Under the pieces are notes generated by a model. That model saw only the letters and a list, made by a program, of their open reading frames with translations, made no database searches and had not been told where the DNA came from. A stretch of DNA of 64,000 nt from an uncultured Chloroflexia bacterium (GTDB lineage: Bacteria > Chloroflexota > Chloroflexia > DTKN01): the NCBI GenBank assembly GCA_964592645.1, contig CAZQFV010000016.1:2282-66281 (forward strand). The letters run 5' to 3'. A program made the position numbers and the translations under genes. Positions 8,092-17,042 of the stretch are shown here, piece after piece (within the stretch, counting starts at the first letter, position 1; each line of letters starts with the position of its first letter).

Positions 8092-9348
8092 CTACGCCGT
8101 GGCGACGACCGCGGGGACCGGCACCACCGCAGTAGCCACCGGGGCGACCGCGGCGGCCGGCCCGGCGGAGGGCACGGCGACCGCGCTCACGGCCGGCTGC
8201 TCCTCCACCACCGGCATCACCACAGCCAGCCAGCCGTCCTTGGCCCCCCGGATGGTCACCGGGCGGTTCACGACGGCCGGCCCACCGTTGCCGTTGCCCT
8301 GGCAGAGCAGCTCCACGGTGATCTCGCCGCTCGCGCCGGCCAGGGCCTCCCAGAGATAGCGGGCGTTCAAGCCCACAACCGCCCCCGGTCCCTGGTGCCG
8401 GACCGGGATGACCCCCTGGCCCTCGGCGTAGGCGCTGGAGCCGGCCTGCACGGTCACCTCGCCATTGTCGAGGGAGAGCCGCACCGGGTGGTGCGGCCGG
8501 TCCTCCTCGGCAAAGGGGGCCATGACTTTGAGCACGCGGCGCAGCTCCTCGGCGTTCACGGTGATCTGGACGTTGCTCTCCTTGGGGATGACCTGCTCGT
8601 AATCGGGGTAGCGCACCCCCCCGAGCAGGGTGATGGCCAGGTCCACCGACCCGGTCTGGAAGAGGGCCAGGTTGTACTGGCCGTCAGCGGCCGGCACTAG
8701 CACCAGGACCACCGTTTCATCCTCGCCACCCAGCACGTGGGCCAGCAGCTCCATGCCCCGCGCCGGGATGATCGCCTGCACGGCCTCTTCGAGCAGGTAC
8801 TCGACGGCGAGGTCCTGCACGGCCAGGCGGAAGCCGTCGGCCGCGGCCAACACGGCCTTGTTGCCGTCCAGTCGCAGGTACACGCCGGTCATCGCCGGGC
8901 GCGAACCGTCGCGGTCAGCTGCGGCGTACGCCACGCGGCCGATGGCCTTGCGCAGCAGCGCGGCGTTCACCCGGGCGACCACGTCGCCGTCCATCTCCGG
9001 GAGCGTCACCGGGTGCGCCGCGCCCTTGAGCGTGGCGCGGTGGCCGGCTGCCCGCAAGACCAGCTTGTCCTTTTCATCCAGCTCCAGCTTGATCTCTTGC
9101 GTGGGTTCCATCGCCCGGACGAAATCGCCCAGGAGATCGGCGCGCACGGTCACGGCCATCCCCACCTCGGACTCGTCGGCGGTGCAGGGCACGCGGGCGA
9201 CCACGGAGACGGTATAGTCCGTGGCCCGCAGGGTCAGCGTGCCGCTGCCGGCCTCGAGGTTCACCAGGAGCGCTTCACCCCGGACGGCCGGGTGCAGCCC
9301 GTTCAGGGCCGCGAGCCCTTCGGCCAGGTTCTTCTGTAACGCTTTCAT
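8092..9348 (-). CDS. dnaN: DNA polymerase III beta sliding-clamp-like protein with an Ala/Pro/Val-rich C-terminal tail
   Basis: ATG at 9348 follows AGGAGG. The length and pattern are DnaN-like (LTLRATDYTVS, MTGVYLRLDGNKAVLAAADGFRLA, YPDYEQVIP, LNARYL). The last ~45 aa are low-complexity A/P/V. Confidence 0.8.
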   Translation of the reverse strand: MKALQKNLAEGLAALNGLHPAVRGEALLVNLEAGSGTLTLRATDYTVSVVARVPCTADESEVGMAVTVRADLLGDFVRAMEPTQEIKLELDEKDKLVLRAAGHRATLKGAAHPVTLPEMDGDVVARVNAALLRKAIGRVAYAAADRDGSRPAMTGVYLRLDGNKAVLAAADGFRLAVQDLAVEYLLEEAVQAIIPARGMELLAHVLGGEDETVVLVLVPAADGQYNLALFQTGSVDLAITLLGGVRYPDYEQVIPKESNVQITVNAEELRRVLKVMAPFAEEDRPHHPVRLSLDNGEVTVQAGSSAYAEGQGVIPVRHQGPGAVVGLNARYLWEALAGASGEITVELLCQGNGNGGPAVVNRPVTIRGAKDGWLAVVMPVVEEQPAVSAVAVPSAGPAAAVAPVATAVVPVPAVVATA

Positions 9349-9370
9349 CGTGGTCCTCCTCGTTTGCGTT

Positions 9371-10120
9371 CTAGGCCCAGTTGTTGGGCAAGCCTCTTTC
9401 CCGCATCGAAACGAACGTGTTCCGGCCAATCACGAGGTGATCGACCAGCTCTACGGAGAGCATCTTGCCGACCGCGATCAGATCGCGAGTTATGGCCAGA
9501 TCTTCGGGCGAAGGCTCCGGACTGCCCGACGGGTGCGAATGGGCCAGGACGATGGCCGGGCAGTTGTCCCGTACCGCCTCGCGGTAGACCTCGGCCGGCC
9601 GCACCAGGGCGGTGTTCACGGAGCCCTGGTAGATAAGCACCTGGCGCAGTACCTGGTGTCGCGTGTTCAGGAGCAGGACGCGCAGCTGCTCCTGGTCCAG
9701 ATCGCCCATCTCCGGCAGCAGCAGCGCGGCCGCGTCGGCGGGCGACCGAATGGTGAGGCCCTCGACGGCGCTCTCCCGGACCGTGCGCCGGCCCATGTCG
9801 AGCGCCGCCTGGAGGACAACGGCCCGTTCCGGGCAGATGCCCGCACGGGCGATCTCGGCGAGGCTGGCCCGACGGAGGCCGCGCAGTCCGCCAAAAGCGG
9901 AGAGCAGCCGGCCGGCCTGGGCCAGGGCCACCTCGGGCTTGCCGCCGAGCACGAGCGCCAGGCACTCGCTGCTCGACAGCGCCGTTACCCCCAGGTCGCA
10001 CAGCCGCCGGGCCGGGACCTCGCCGGCGGGAAGCGGGTAACGCGGGACCGCTTCCGCCAGGTGGGGCTCGGCGCCGGCCGCCGGGAACCCGGGCAACTCC
10101 AGTTGCTTTAGCCGCTGCAT
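9371..10120 (-). CDS. radC: RadC-family JAB/MPN-domain protein
   Basis: ATG at 10120. The JAMM motif HSHPSGSPEPSPED and an N-terminal HhH-like region are present. The track's upstream extension was discarded. Confidence 0.85.
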   Translation of the reverse strand: MQRLKQLELPGFPAAGAEPHLAEAVPRYPLPAGEVPARRLCDLGVTALSSSECLALVLGGKPEVALAQAGRLLSAFGGLRGLRRASLAEIARAGICPERAVVLQAALDMGRRTVRESAVEGLTIRSPADAAALLLPEMGDLDQEQLRVLLLNTRHQVLRQVLIYQGSVNTALVRPAEVYREAVRDNCPAIVLAHSHPSGSPEPSPEDLAITRDLIAVGKMLSVELVDHLVIGRNTFVSMRERGLPNNWA

Positions 10121-11091
10121 CGTTTCACCCCCAGGCACAGCCCCAGCGCGCGGGCAAAGCGACAGCCAAAGGCGTAGCGGGCGTTGTGATACACGCAGCG
10201 CACCACCTTTTCGGCTTCGCGCACCCGGTCGCGCGGCGGGCTGCGAAACAGCGCGGCGGGGACCCCCTGAAACCAGTCTCCGGCCAGCAGCACGGCCTGC
10301 TCCTCCGGCATCCCGGCGGAGCGCATCCAGGAAGCGAGAAACAGCAGCACACGGTTGCTCTTGCCCAGGCCCTGCCAGTAGGCCCGCAACAGGCGCGCCA
10401 CGCACGGCGGCGCATAGCCGCCGCGGATGGCCACCGGGGCAGGATCCACCACGGAGGCCTGGCTTTGCCGCTGAGTTCGCAGGTAGCCGCGCAGCGTCTC
10501 GGCCGCAGCCGGAACCAGCTCTGGCTTGGGATACGGGAGCGGGGGGCGGGGCCGGCCGGCCAGCCGGCGCAGGTAGGCGGGGCCGCGCAGCAGCTCGCCG
10601 GGCGCCACCTCCACCTTGTAGCGGCCGGTTTGCGCGTGCCGGCTGCCCACCTGCCGCCACATGCGGCGGCAGGAGTACACACTCCGGTCGAGCGTGTCGA
10701 GTTCGAGCCGTTCGGCCAGCGCCCGGGCCCAGCGCCCGTAGGCGTAGGTCAGGTCGGGGGAGGGGGCGGTCACCCCCAGCGCTTCCTCCGCGACCTCGAC
10801 GTGCAGGCCCCGGTTGCCGGTGTAGTAGAGCCGCGTGGCCTCCGGCGGCAGGTCCAGGAAATCGGCCAGGTAGCCGACCAGCACGCGGACCTCGCCGATG
10901 ATCCGGCCCAGGTCGTCGCCGTCGAAATCAAAGTAGAGCGGGGCCAGGTGAGCCTCGCCGTCCTGGTGGCGGTCCAAAGGGAACCGCTGCACCGTCACGA
11001 AACTCTCCCCGCCGCGGTCAGGCGGCGGGATGCGGGCCTCGGGGAAGCGCCGCCACTGCTTCAGCCCGGGCTTCCACCAGTCACGGTACAT
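10108..11091 (-). CDS. archaeo-eukaryotic primase (AEP/PrimPol-like) with a PriCT-like C-terminus
   Basis: ATG at 11091 follows AAGGAGG. AEP motifs are YFDFDGDD (DxD), TGNRGLHVEV (sGxGxH) and DRSVYSCRRMWRQVGSRH. Confidence 0.7.
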   Translation of the reverse strand: MYRDWWKPGLKQWRRFPEARIPPPDRGGESFVTVQRFPLDRHQDGEAHLAPLYFDFDGDDLGRIIGEVRVLVGYLADFLDLPPEATRLYYTGNRGLHVEVAEEALGVTAPSPDLTYAYGRWARALAERLELDTLDRSVYSCRRMWRQVGSRHAQTGRYKVEVAPGELLRGPAYLRRLAGRPRPPLPYPKPELVPAAAETLRGYLRTQRQSQASVVDPAPVAIRGGYAPPCVARLLRAYWQGLGKSNRVLLFLASWMRSAGMPEEQAVLLAGDWFQGVPAALFRSPPRDRVREAEKVVRCVYHNARYAFGCRFARALGLCLGVKRCSG

Positions 11092-11344
11092 GGCTACCTC
11101 CTTTCTCTCCCCATGGGAGAGCGAGCTGCATCGTGGCCGGGGCAGCGTCACCGTGCTCCGCGCGCCACCTTTGCAAGATTTCCTGTCCCATTTCGGCCAC
11201 ATTGTCCGCCGCCTGCTGCGCCCCGACGCCGTGGTTGACCCCACCGCAGATGCACTTACAGACGGGTCCATGGGCCTCGTGGCAGCGGGCATCACAGCGG
11301 CCGACGCAGCCTTCCGACGTATGCACCGACAGCACCGTAGTCAT
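11081..11344 (-). CDS. small cysteine-rich protein (CDARCHEAHGPVCKCICGGVNHG motif)
   Basis: ATG at 11344 follows GGGAGG. It overlaps the primase start by 11 nt. I recall this Cys motif from small conserved proteins of actinophages and plasmids. Confidence 0.6.
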   Translation of the reverse strand: MTTVLSVHTSEGCVGRCDARCHEAHGPVCKCICGGVNHGVGAQQAADNVAEMGQEILQRWRAEHGDAAPATMQLALPWGEKGGSHVP

Positions 11345-11413
11345 CGAACACCTCCCATCCGCCGTGGGGAGCAGGATGCGTGCCCTGCCCCCCACGGGCG
11401 GGGTTCTCGGGGC

Positions 11414-11524
11414 TCACGCCGGCGGAGCGAATTCCTTGGCCGGCAGAGCCCAATCGGACCAGAAGCGGATCGCCGCCTCATCCTTGGCCTTTTGCGCTTC
11501 GGGGGAGAGCGCGCCCCAGCTCAC
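11414..11524 (-). CDS. possible 36-aa ORF (MSWGALSPEAQKAKDEAAIRFWSDWALPAKEFAPPA), below the track size cut-off
   Basis: GTG at 11524 overlaps the TGA of the upstream gene (GTGA) and lies 6 nt after GGGAGG. The composition looks protein-like rather than shadow-ORF-like. Confidence 0.35.
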   Translation of the reverse strand: MSWGALSPEAQKAKDEAAIRFWSDWALPAKEFAPPA

Positions 11525-12117
11525 GGGGCACCTCCCGCCGCCAACTGCTGCGCCCAGGCCAGCCGCTCGGGCGTGTAGCGGGCGTACCACAGCCGCTGCC
11601 GGACGCTCCAGCGAAAGCCGCGCTCCTTCAGCGCCGCGCGCACCTCTTCCGAGGGCTTGCTGCCGAACGTCACCTCGACGCCGTTCAACGCCTCGTTGCG
11701 GCGCACGGTGGTGGCCGCGCCGCCCTCCGGCGGGCTGCCGGCCGCGACCGCCTCCGCCTCCTCCGGCCAGGGCGGGGTATCCCCCTCCCAGGCGGCCGGG
11801 GCGAAATGGACGATGTACCAGGTGCTCCGCGGCCGGCCGGAGTGGTCCGGCGCCAGCGACGGCAAGGGCGCCTTGATGTAGTAGCCGCGGCCCATGCTCC
11901 ACTTTTCGCGGTGCTCCTCCCAGGGGAGGTTGCGCAGCGTTGGGAAGCGGCGGGCGGTGGCCAGGAGCAGGGAGATCAGGTCGCGCTGCTCGTCCGTGGG
12001 GGCGAGGATCCAGCGGCCCAACTCCTGCCGGCCAAAGTAGTCGGTCTGCGGGTCGCTGTCGTCGCGCTCCTTGGCGATGACGATGACCCGTTCCTGGTGG
12101 ACCTTGTCGGCGCGCAT
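11521..12117 (-). CDS. hypothetical protein; C-terminal NGVEVTFGSKPSEEVRAALKERGFRWSVRQRLWYA module
   Basis: ATG at 12117 follows AAAAGGAGGA. I recall seeing the C-terminal motif in polyvalent proteins of plasmids and phages; this is not verified. Confidence 0.6.
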   Translation of the reverse strand: MRADKVHQERVIVIAKERDDSDPQTDYFGRQELGRWILAPTDEQRDLISLLLATARRFPTLRNLPWEEHREKWSMGRGYYIKAPLPSLAPDHSGRPRSTWYIVHFAPAAWEGDTPPWPEEAEAVAAGSPPEGGAATTVRRNEALNGVEVTFGSKPSEEVRAALKERGFRWSVRQRLWYARYTPERLAWAQQLAAGGAP

Positions 12118-12217
12118 CGATTCCTCCTTTTGTCAACTGGGGCGGAAGGCGGCCGGCGGGACGATCGTTCATCCCGCCGGCACGCGCCCGCCATGCACGA
12201 TACCACCTCGCCTGGTG

Positions 12218-12643
12218 CTACTCGGGAGCAACCTCCTGGAACAGCGCTTCAGGCAGCCACGCCGTCTCCAGGCTGATGCTCGTGTTCTTCACGTACACTT
12301 TCCAGACCACGTCGCTCGCGGTCACGATCATGCGCATGGACTCGACCTCGACGACCTGGTCCGGGGCTACCTCCAGCGGCGCGTCCAGGACGACGAACTC
12401 GTGCTCGTCCACCTGCTCGGCCAGGGCCTCGTCCAGGGCGGCGCGCCCGACAAAGATGGGCCGCGTGTCCCAGTAGGCCAGGCTGTGCAGGGCGGGATCG
12501 GCCGCCCGCAGCGCTTGGGCCAGCGCGATGCGCTCCCGCACCTCCTGGGCCATCTCCGGTGTCAGCCGGACGAGGGCAAAGGAGGCCTCGTAGTAGTCGT
12601 CGTCCGAGAGCCACAGCTTCATAACCACCGTTTTCTCGCTCAT
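12218..12643 (-). CDS. hypothetical protein
   Basis: ATG at 12643 follows GAGAGGAGA. The composition is acidic and coding-like. Confidence 0.6.
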   Translation of the reverse strand: MSEKTVVMKLWLSDDDYYEASFALVRLTPEMAQEVRERIALAQALRAADPALHSLAYWDTRPIFVGRAALDEALAEQVDEHEFVVLDAPLEVAPDQVVEVESMRMIVTASDVVWKVYVKNTSISLETAWLPEALFQEVAPE

Positions 12644-12654
12644 GGGTTCTCCTC

Positions 12655-12834
12655 TCAACGGGGCTCGTAGCAGGCCGCGCCTGCGGCCCGCTCGGCCCGC
12701 TGCTCCTGGTAGGACCACCATTCACACTTGGGGCAATGGCCGCACCACGGGCAGCACGGCGCGCCGCAGACGGCGCAGCGGTGCGTCCATGGGTAGAGCC
12801 GCCCGCAGCGGGTGCACTCGATCATCTCTTGCAT
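12655..12834 (-). CDS. 59-aa zinc-ribbon protein missing from the ORF track (MQEMIECTRCGRLYPWTHRCAVCGAPCCPWCGHCPKCEWW...)
   Basis: Translated by hand. ATG at 12834 lies 3 nt after the helicase stop, and the TGA is at 12655-12657. It has nine Cys arranged as CxxC pairs. Confidence 0.55.
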   Translation of the reverse strand: MQEMIECTRCGRLYPWTHRCAVCGAPCCPWCGHCPKCEWWSYQEQRAERAAGAACYEPR

Positions 12835-12837
12835 CGT

Positions 12838-15800
12838 TCACCTTCTCCGGCGCGGCCGGTTTCCCCGGGCTTCCACCCAGGTAAAGGCGGCCTCGCTCGC
12901 GGTGTCGCCGAACAGCCCAAAGAAGGCGAGTTGCCCCACTCCCTCGGGCGGCGCGGGCACGACGATGGTCACCGCCGGCGCGGGCGCCTGTTCGGGCGCG
13001 GCCGGCGGCACCGTTTCCTCGGTCCAGACGGCGACCGAACCGTCGGTGGACATGGCCGCCAGCCACTCGGTGGCCTGGTTGGCCTGTTCGAACAGCTCGC
13101 TCAGGTCGGCGATGGGCGCCCCCTTGAGGATATCCTGGGCCAGCTCGTGCAGCAGGCTGCGGCCGGCCCCGGCCTGCTCGGCCAGGGCCGCGGCCGCCTC
13201 GTCCCCATAGACCAGGGAGGCCGCGGCGACCTTGCGCCCGATGTGCGAGATGGCGCGGTGCTCCATCGTCCCGCGGTAGGCGACCCAGTGGACCCGCACC
13301 GGCCGGGTCTGTCCCAGCCGCCAGGACCGCCGCGCCGCCTGCATCAGGGTGTAGAGCGAGTACTCGATCTCGTAGAAGATGATGGTGGGAAACTCGACCA
13401 GGTCCAGGCCGACCTCGACCAGCTTGGGGTTGCAGATGAGCGCGTCGCAGCGCGCGGCCTCGCGGTGGACCCACTCCTCGCGGCGCGACGAGTCGATGGA
13501 CTGGCGCAGCACGCGGACGCGCAGGCCGGCGTCCTCCAGGATGCGGGCCACGCGCGGTTGGATATCGCGGGTCGCCGTCTGCCGCAGGTAGACCAGCACC
13601 TTGCGGCCCTGGCGCGCCTCGGCCACGCAAGCGTCGCGGAGCCAGGCCTCCTTGGGGTAGAGAACGTCCTCGGGCAGGGCGTGGGCGACGTAGACGACCT
13701 TGCCTTTCGGGTCGGTCGCCGGGTCGTCCCGCCAGCACGAGTTCGGCCGGCCCAGGGTAGCCTGTAGCCATTCGGAGAGCATGCCCGGGTTCTGCATGAA
13801 CTCGGCCTTGAGCACCGCGTCCAGGGCAGAGTAATCCCGCGCCTGGACCGGGTCCATGTCGAGGAGGTGTGGGAGCTCGGTGTAGGGGGGCAACTGATAC
13901 CCCAGGTCCTGGAGCCGCATAAAGAGAGCGTCGCTGAGCAGGAAGGGGATCAGCGCCGGCGAGATGCCCGGGATTTCCTTGGTCCGCCGGCTGACCCGCC
14001 GGTTGGCCGTGAAGCGCCCGGAGCCGCGCGTCTCCTGCTCGATCGTGGTCTGCTGGACGCCATAGTTCTCGACCCAGCGTTTCTCGTCGCGCCAGGCGTA
14101 GCGCCGGCGCACCCGTGGGCTGATGCGGTGCCAGAGGTAGAACAGCGACGACGCCGTCCCGCCAAAGATCGTGCCGGTGAGGCAGACCGTGTGCCGGGCC
14201 GCCCGCACCAGGTCGCCAAAGGCGTAGCCTTGGTCGGTGCTCTGGGCCTTGGCCTGGTGGACCTCGTCGGCGATGAAGAGGTCCACGCGGCCGCGATAGC
14301 GCCGGGCCAGGAAATCGGCGATGGGCCAGCGCGGGTTGCCGTTGTCCTTCTCGAAGCGCCGACTGAACTGCCACAGCGCCCCGCCGCAGGCGAAACAGCG
14401 GCGCAGTTGCTGTTGCATGTAGTCGGGGTTGCGGATGGGGACGCCGTTGGCGTCCTCGACTTCGGCCCCGCAGTGGGGGCAGCGATAGCTCTCGCGGGGG
14501 ATCGCCCGGCCGCGCCGTTGGCCGGCGGACATGCCCTCCGGCCGCTGGCGGTGCTCGGCCAGGCGCTGGCGGATCCGCTCGGCCCGTTTCCCGGCCTCCC
14601 GGGGCGTGATCTCCTGCCACGCGCCGGCGTTCGGCCCGGAGGGGACCCAGACCTTCTTGCCGTCGCGGGGCAGGTTGGGGATGCTCCCCGCGGCCGCCCA
14701 ACGCACGGTATGGGCCGGCTCCCAGCCGGGGCCGAGCTTGGCCATCTCCTTGGAGACGACGGCCAGGTACGGCACGCCGGGCGAGGCCAGGGCCTGGCGG
14801 ACGAAGCGCGCCATCTGGGCGGACGAGGTCACGACCGCCGCCTGTACCCCCGGCCACACCTCCTCGGCCTCGCGTTTCCACTTGGCCGTGAGATGGGTAG
14901 GGCAGGTGATGACGACCAGGAAGGGGACCGGCCGGCCGGCGCGGGCCTGTTTGCGGGCGCACATCCCGGCGCCCACGGCCAGCGCCGCGGTCGTTTTGCC
15001 AACCCCCATTTCGCCCACCAGGACCGCCGCGCGGTCGCCCCGATGGAACTTTTCCAGAATGGCCGCCGCCGCGTGCGCCTGGGCCGGGAACAGGCCCGAC
15101 TCCTTGCGCCCGGGCAACGGCCGGTTGGGGGAAAGCCCGCAGAAGACCTGGCCCAGGTCCTCGGGGACCCGGAAGCCGTACAGCGGCTTGAACCGCGCCT
15201 GCACTTCCTGGGCCAACGGCTCGGCCCACTCCTCGAAAAAGGGGCGGAGTTTCCCCTCGCCCTCGAGGATGGTAATCTCGCCGCTGCCGGTGTCCAGCGT
15301 GCAGATGCGGCTGACCAGTCGCTCCGTCTCGGTGATCCGGCGGCCCTTGTCGGTCTTTTCCTCGACACGGTCCACCGCGCGAACGGTGCGGCCCTTGACC
15401 AGGATCTCGCGGCCGTCCCGCCGCAGTAGGATGTTGTTGGCCAGCCCCGCGCCTAGGAACATCGCCAGGTGGCCCATACGCAGCGGAAAGAGCGGCTGCA
15501 CCTCTTGCTCGATCGGCACCGGCGGCGCCGTGATCTCGGGAAAGTCCTGCGGCACCCGGCCGGCGATCTCTGCGATATCTGCCGGGTCGGGGACGCCGGG
15601 GTAAAAGTGGAACTTGACCCGGGCCGGCGCGGGCAGCGTGTACGGATCGACGCCGTCCTGCTCGCCCAGCGTCGGCAGCGCCTCGGGGATTTCCCAAGGG
15701 TCCAGCGTCGCCCGCCGCGCCCGCTGCACGCCGAGCACGACCACCTGTTTGAACCGGGCGTACTCGGCAGCGGGGAAGCGGAAGCAGACCAGTCGGTCAT

Positions 15801-16263
15801 ACCAGGCCGGCAGGTACTTCCGGACGTCATCGCGCCGGACGGTGGCCTCGGGCACGATCCAGACCAGCAGCCCGCCGGGCTGCAGCCAGCCCTTAGCATT
15901 GCAGGTACGCAGAAAGGTCACCTCCATGCGCCGGCGGTCCCCGTCATAGTCGTAGGGCGGGTTCAGCCAGAGCAGTTGAAAGGCGTTGATCGCCGTATGC
16001 AGGTCGGTGTAGCTGCCCTGCACGGCCCGCAAGACGCGCGGCCGGGCCGCGCGGGCCCGGTTGGTGTCCAGTTCGACGCCGTAGGTGTTGGGGCAGCCCA
16101 GCAGCTGCCCCAGTTGCGCCAGCGCCAGGCCCTCGCCGAGGCAAGGGTCGAGCAGGCGCGTTTCGGCGGGGAGCGGCACGTAGATGTACCGGGCGAGCAG
16201 CTCCACCACCGCTGCCGGGGTCGGAAAGTACTCCATGTTGATCTGGGCGTTGGGTCTAGCCAT
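12838..16263 (-). CDS. fusion of an N6-adenine-type DNA methyltransferase (NPPY) and an SNF2/DEAD-like helicase
   Basis: ATG at 16263 follows GAGGAGGAGGA. The MTase motif is WLNPPYDYD. Helicase motifs are GEMGVGKT (I), FIADEVHQAK (II) and QAARRSWRLGQTRPV (VI). Confidence 0.85.
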   Translation of the reverse strand: MARPNAQINMEYFPTPAAVVELLARYIYVPLPAETRLLDPCLGEGLALAQLGQLLGCPNTYGVELDTNRARAARPRVLRAVQGSYTDLHTAINAFQLLWLNPPYDYDGDRRRMEVTFLRTCNAKGWLQPGGLLVWIVPEATVRRDDVRKYLPAWYDRLVCFRFPAAEYARFKQVVVLGVQRARRATLDPWEIPEALPTLGEQDGVDPYTLPAPARVKFHFYPGVPDPADIAEIAGRVPQDFPEITAPPVPIEQEVQPLFPLRMGHLAMFLGAGLANNILLRRDGREILVKGRTVRAVDRVEEKTDKGRRITETERLVSRICTLDTGSGEITILEGEGKLRPFFEEWAEPLAQEVQARFKPLYGFRVPEDLGQVFCGLSPNRPLPGRKESGLFPAQAHAAAAILEKFHRGDRAAVLVGEMGVGKTTAALAVGAGMCARKQARAGRPVPFLVVITCPTHLTAKWKREAEEVWPGVQAAVVTSSAQMARFVRQALASPGVPYLAVVSKEMAKLGPGWEPAHTVRWAAAGSIPNLPRDGKKVWVPSGPNAGAWQEITPREAGKRAERIRQRLAEHRQRPEGMSAGQRRGRAIPRESYRCPHCGAEVEDANGVPIRNPDYMQQQLRRCFACGGALWQFSRRFEKDNGNPRWPIADFLARRYRGRVDLFIADEVHQAKAQSTDQGYAFGDLVRAARHTVCLTGTIFGGTASSLFYLWHRISPRVRRRYAWRDEKRWVENYGVQQTTIEQETRGSGRFTANRRVSRRTKEIPGISPALIPFLLSDALFMRLQDLGYQLPPYTELPHLLDMDPVQARDYSALDAVLKAEFMQNPGMLSEWLQATLGRPNSCWRDDPATDPKGKVVYVAHALPEDVLYPKEAWLRDACVAEARQGRKVLVYLRQTATRDIQPRVARILEDAGLRVRVLRQSIDSSRREEWVHREAARCDALICNPKLVEVGLDLVEFPTIIFYEIEYSLYTLMQAARRSWRLGQTRPVRVHWVAYRGTMEHRAISHIGRKVAAASLVYGDEAAAALAEQAGAGRSLLHELAQDILKGAPIADLSELFEQANQATEWLAAMSTDGSVAVWTEETVPPAAPEQAPAPAVTIVVPAPPEGVGQLAFFGLFGDTASEAAFTWVEARGNRPRRRR

Positions 16264-16957
16264 CGCCGTCCTCCTCCTCGTCGTCGCCATTGCGGACAAT
16301 CTGGCGCACGACCTCGTCCCAGCGGGGTTCGCCGGTCTCGACCACCCAGGCGGCCGCGCCAAAGCTGTTGGCCACCTTGACCATGGGACTCCACCGCGGC
16401 TGCTCGCAGCCGGCTCGCCACAACCGCTCCGCCCAGGTGGGCAGGAGCGGGGTGAGCATGGCGTGGTCCAGCCAGGCGAAGAAGCGCGCCAGGATTTCGG
16501 CCCGTGGCAGCTCCGGCGGCACCTCGCGCTGCCCGTTGGGTTGGTCCTTGATCGGCACCGGCGACCCGGTGGGGTCCACCAGGTAGACGTGCTTCATCTT
16601 TTCCAGAAGATCCACCGGATCGGCCCAGAGGGCCAGGGTGTAGAGGCCCTTTTCCTGGTCGCCCAGGATACGGCCCTGGTATTCCACGCCGCCGAGTTTC
16701 GCGACGCTGTAAACGTCAGGGACGTGCGGGGTGTAGCCGTAGGCCGAGTACGTGGGGTAGTCCCGCCGGACTGCCTGCACCTGCCCCCGCTCGGGGACCT
16801 CGATGCTGCGACCGGCGGCGACCGCCATGCGCAGGGCCTTGAGTGCCGTCAGGTGCCCAACCACCACCAGGTGATATAGGTGCCGCTGGTGATGGGAAAC
16901 GGCCACCAGCCGCGCCGAGACGCCCCCGTAGGTCACCACGGGGAACCGGTCTTCCAC
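16256..16957 (-). CDS. hypothetical protein
   Basis: GTG at 16957 follows AGGAGG. The acidic C-terminus is DDEEEDGDG. It overlaps the next gene by 8 nt. Confidence 0.55.
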   Translation of the reverse strand: MEDRFPVVTYGGVSARLVAVSHHQRHLYHLVVVGHLTALKALRMAVAAGRSIEVPERGQVQAVRRDYPTYSAYGYTPHVPDVYSVAKLGGVEYQGRILGDQEKGLYTLALWADPVDLLEKMKHVYLVDPTGSPVPIKDQPNGQREVPPELPRAEILARFFAWLDHAMLTPLLPTWAERLWRAGCEQPRWSPMVKVANSFGAAAWVVETGEPRWDEVVRQIVRNGDDEEEDGDG

Positions 16958-17042
16958 GATACACCTCCTGACAGAAAAAAGGGCTAGGATGTGTCGCACC
17001 CGAGGCCCTGGGGCCAGAAAATAGATTGGTAACGATGTCATG

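Noticed and set aside
12152-12181. 10-bp perfect stem (GCCGGCGGGA / TCCCGCCGGC) between two minus-strand genes, considered as a terminator
   Set aside because: No U-tract follows on the transcribed strand. It may affect mRNA stability, but it is not a supported terminator.
12722-15697. 991-aa minus-strand ORF and several 300-520-aa plus-strand ORFs (for example 13867-15429 and 14531-15604) overlapping the methylase-helicase gene
   Set aside because: Their composition is extreme in Arg/Pro/Gly/Ala, they have no RBS and they show no motifs. These are typical off-frame or antisense shadow ORFs in high-G+C DNA. The 12838-16263 frame carries all the methylase and helicase motifs.
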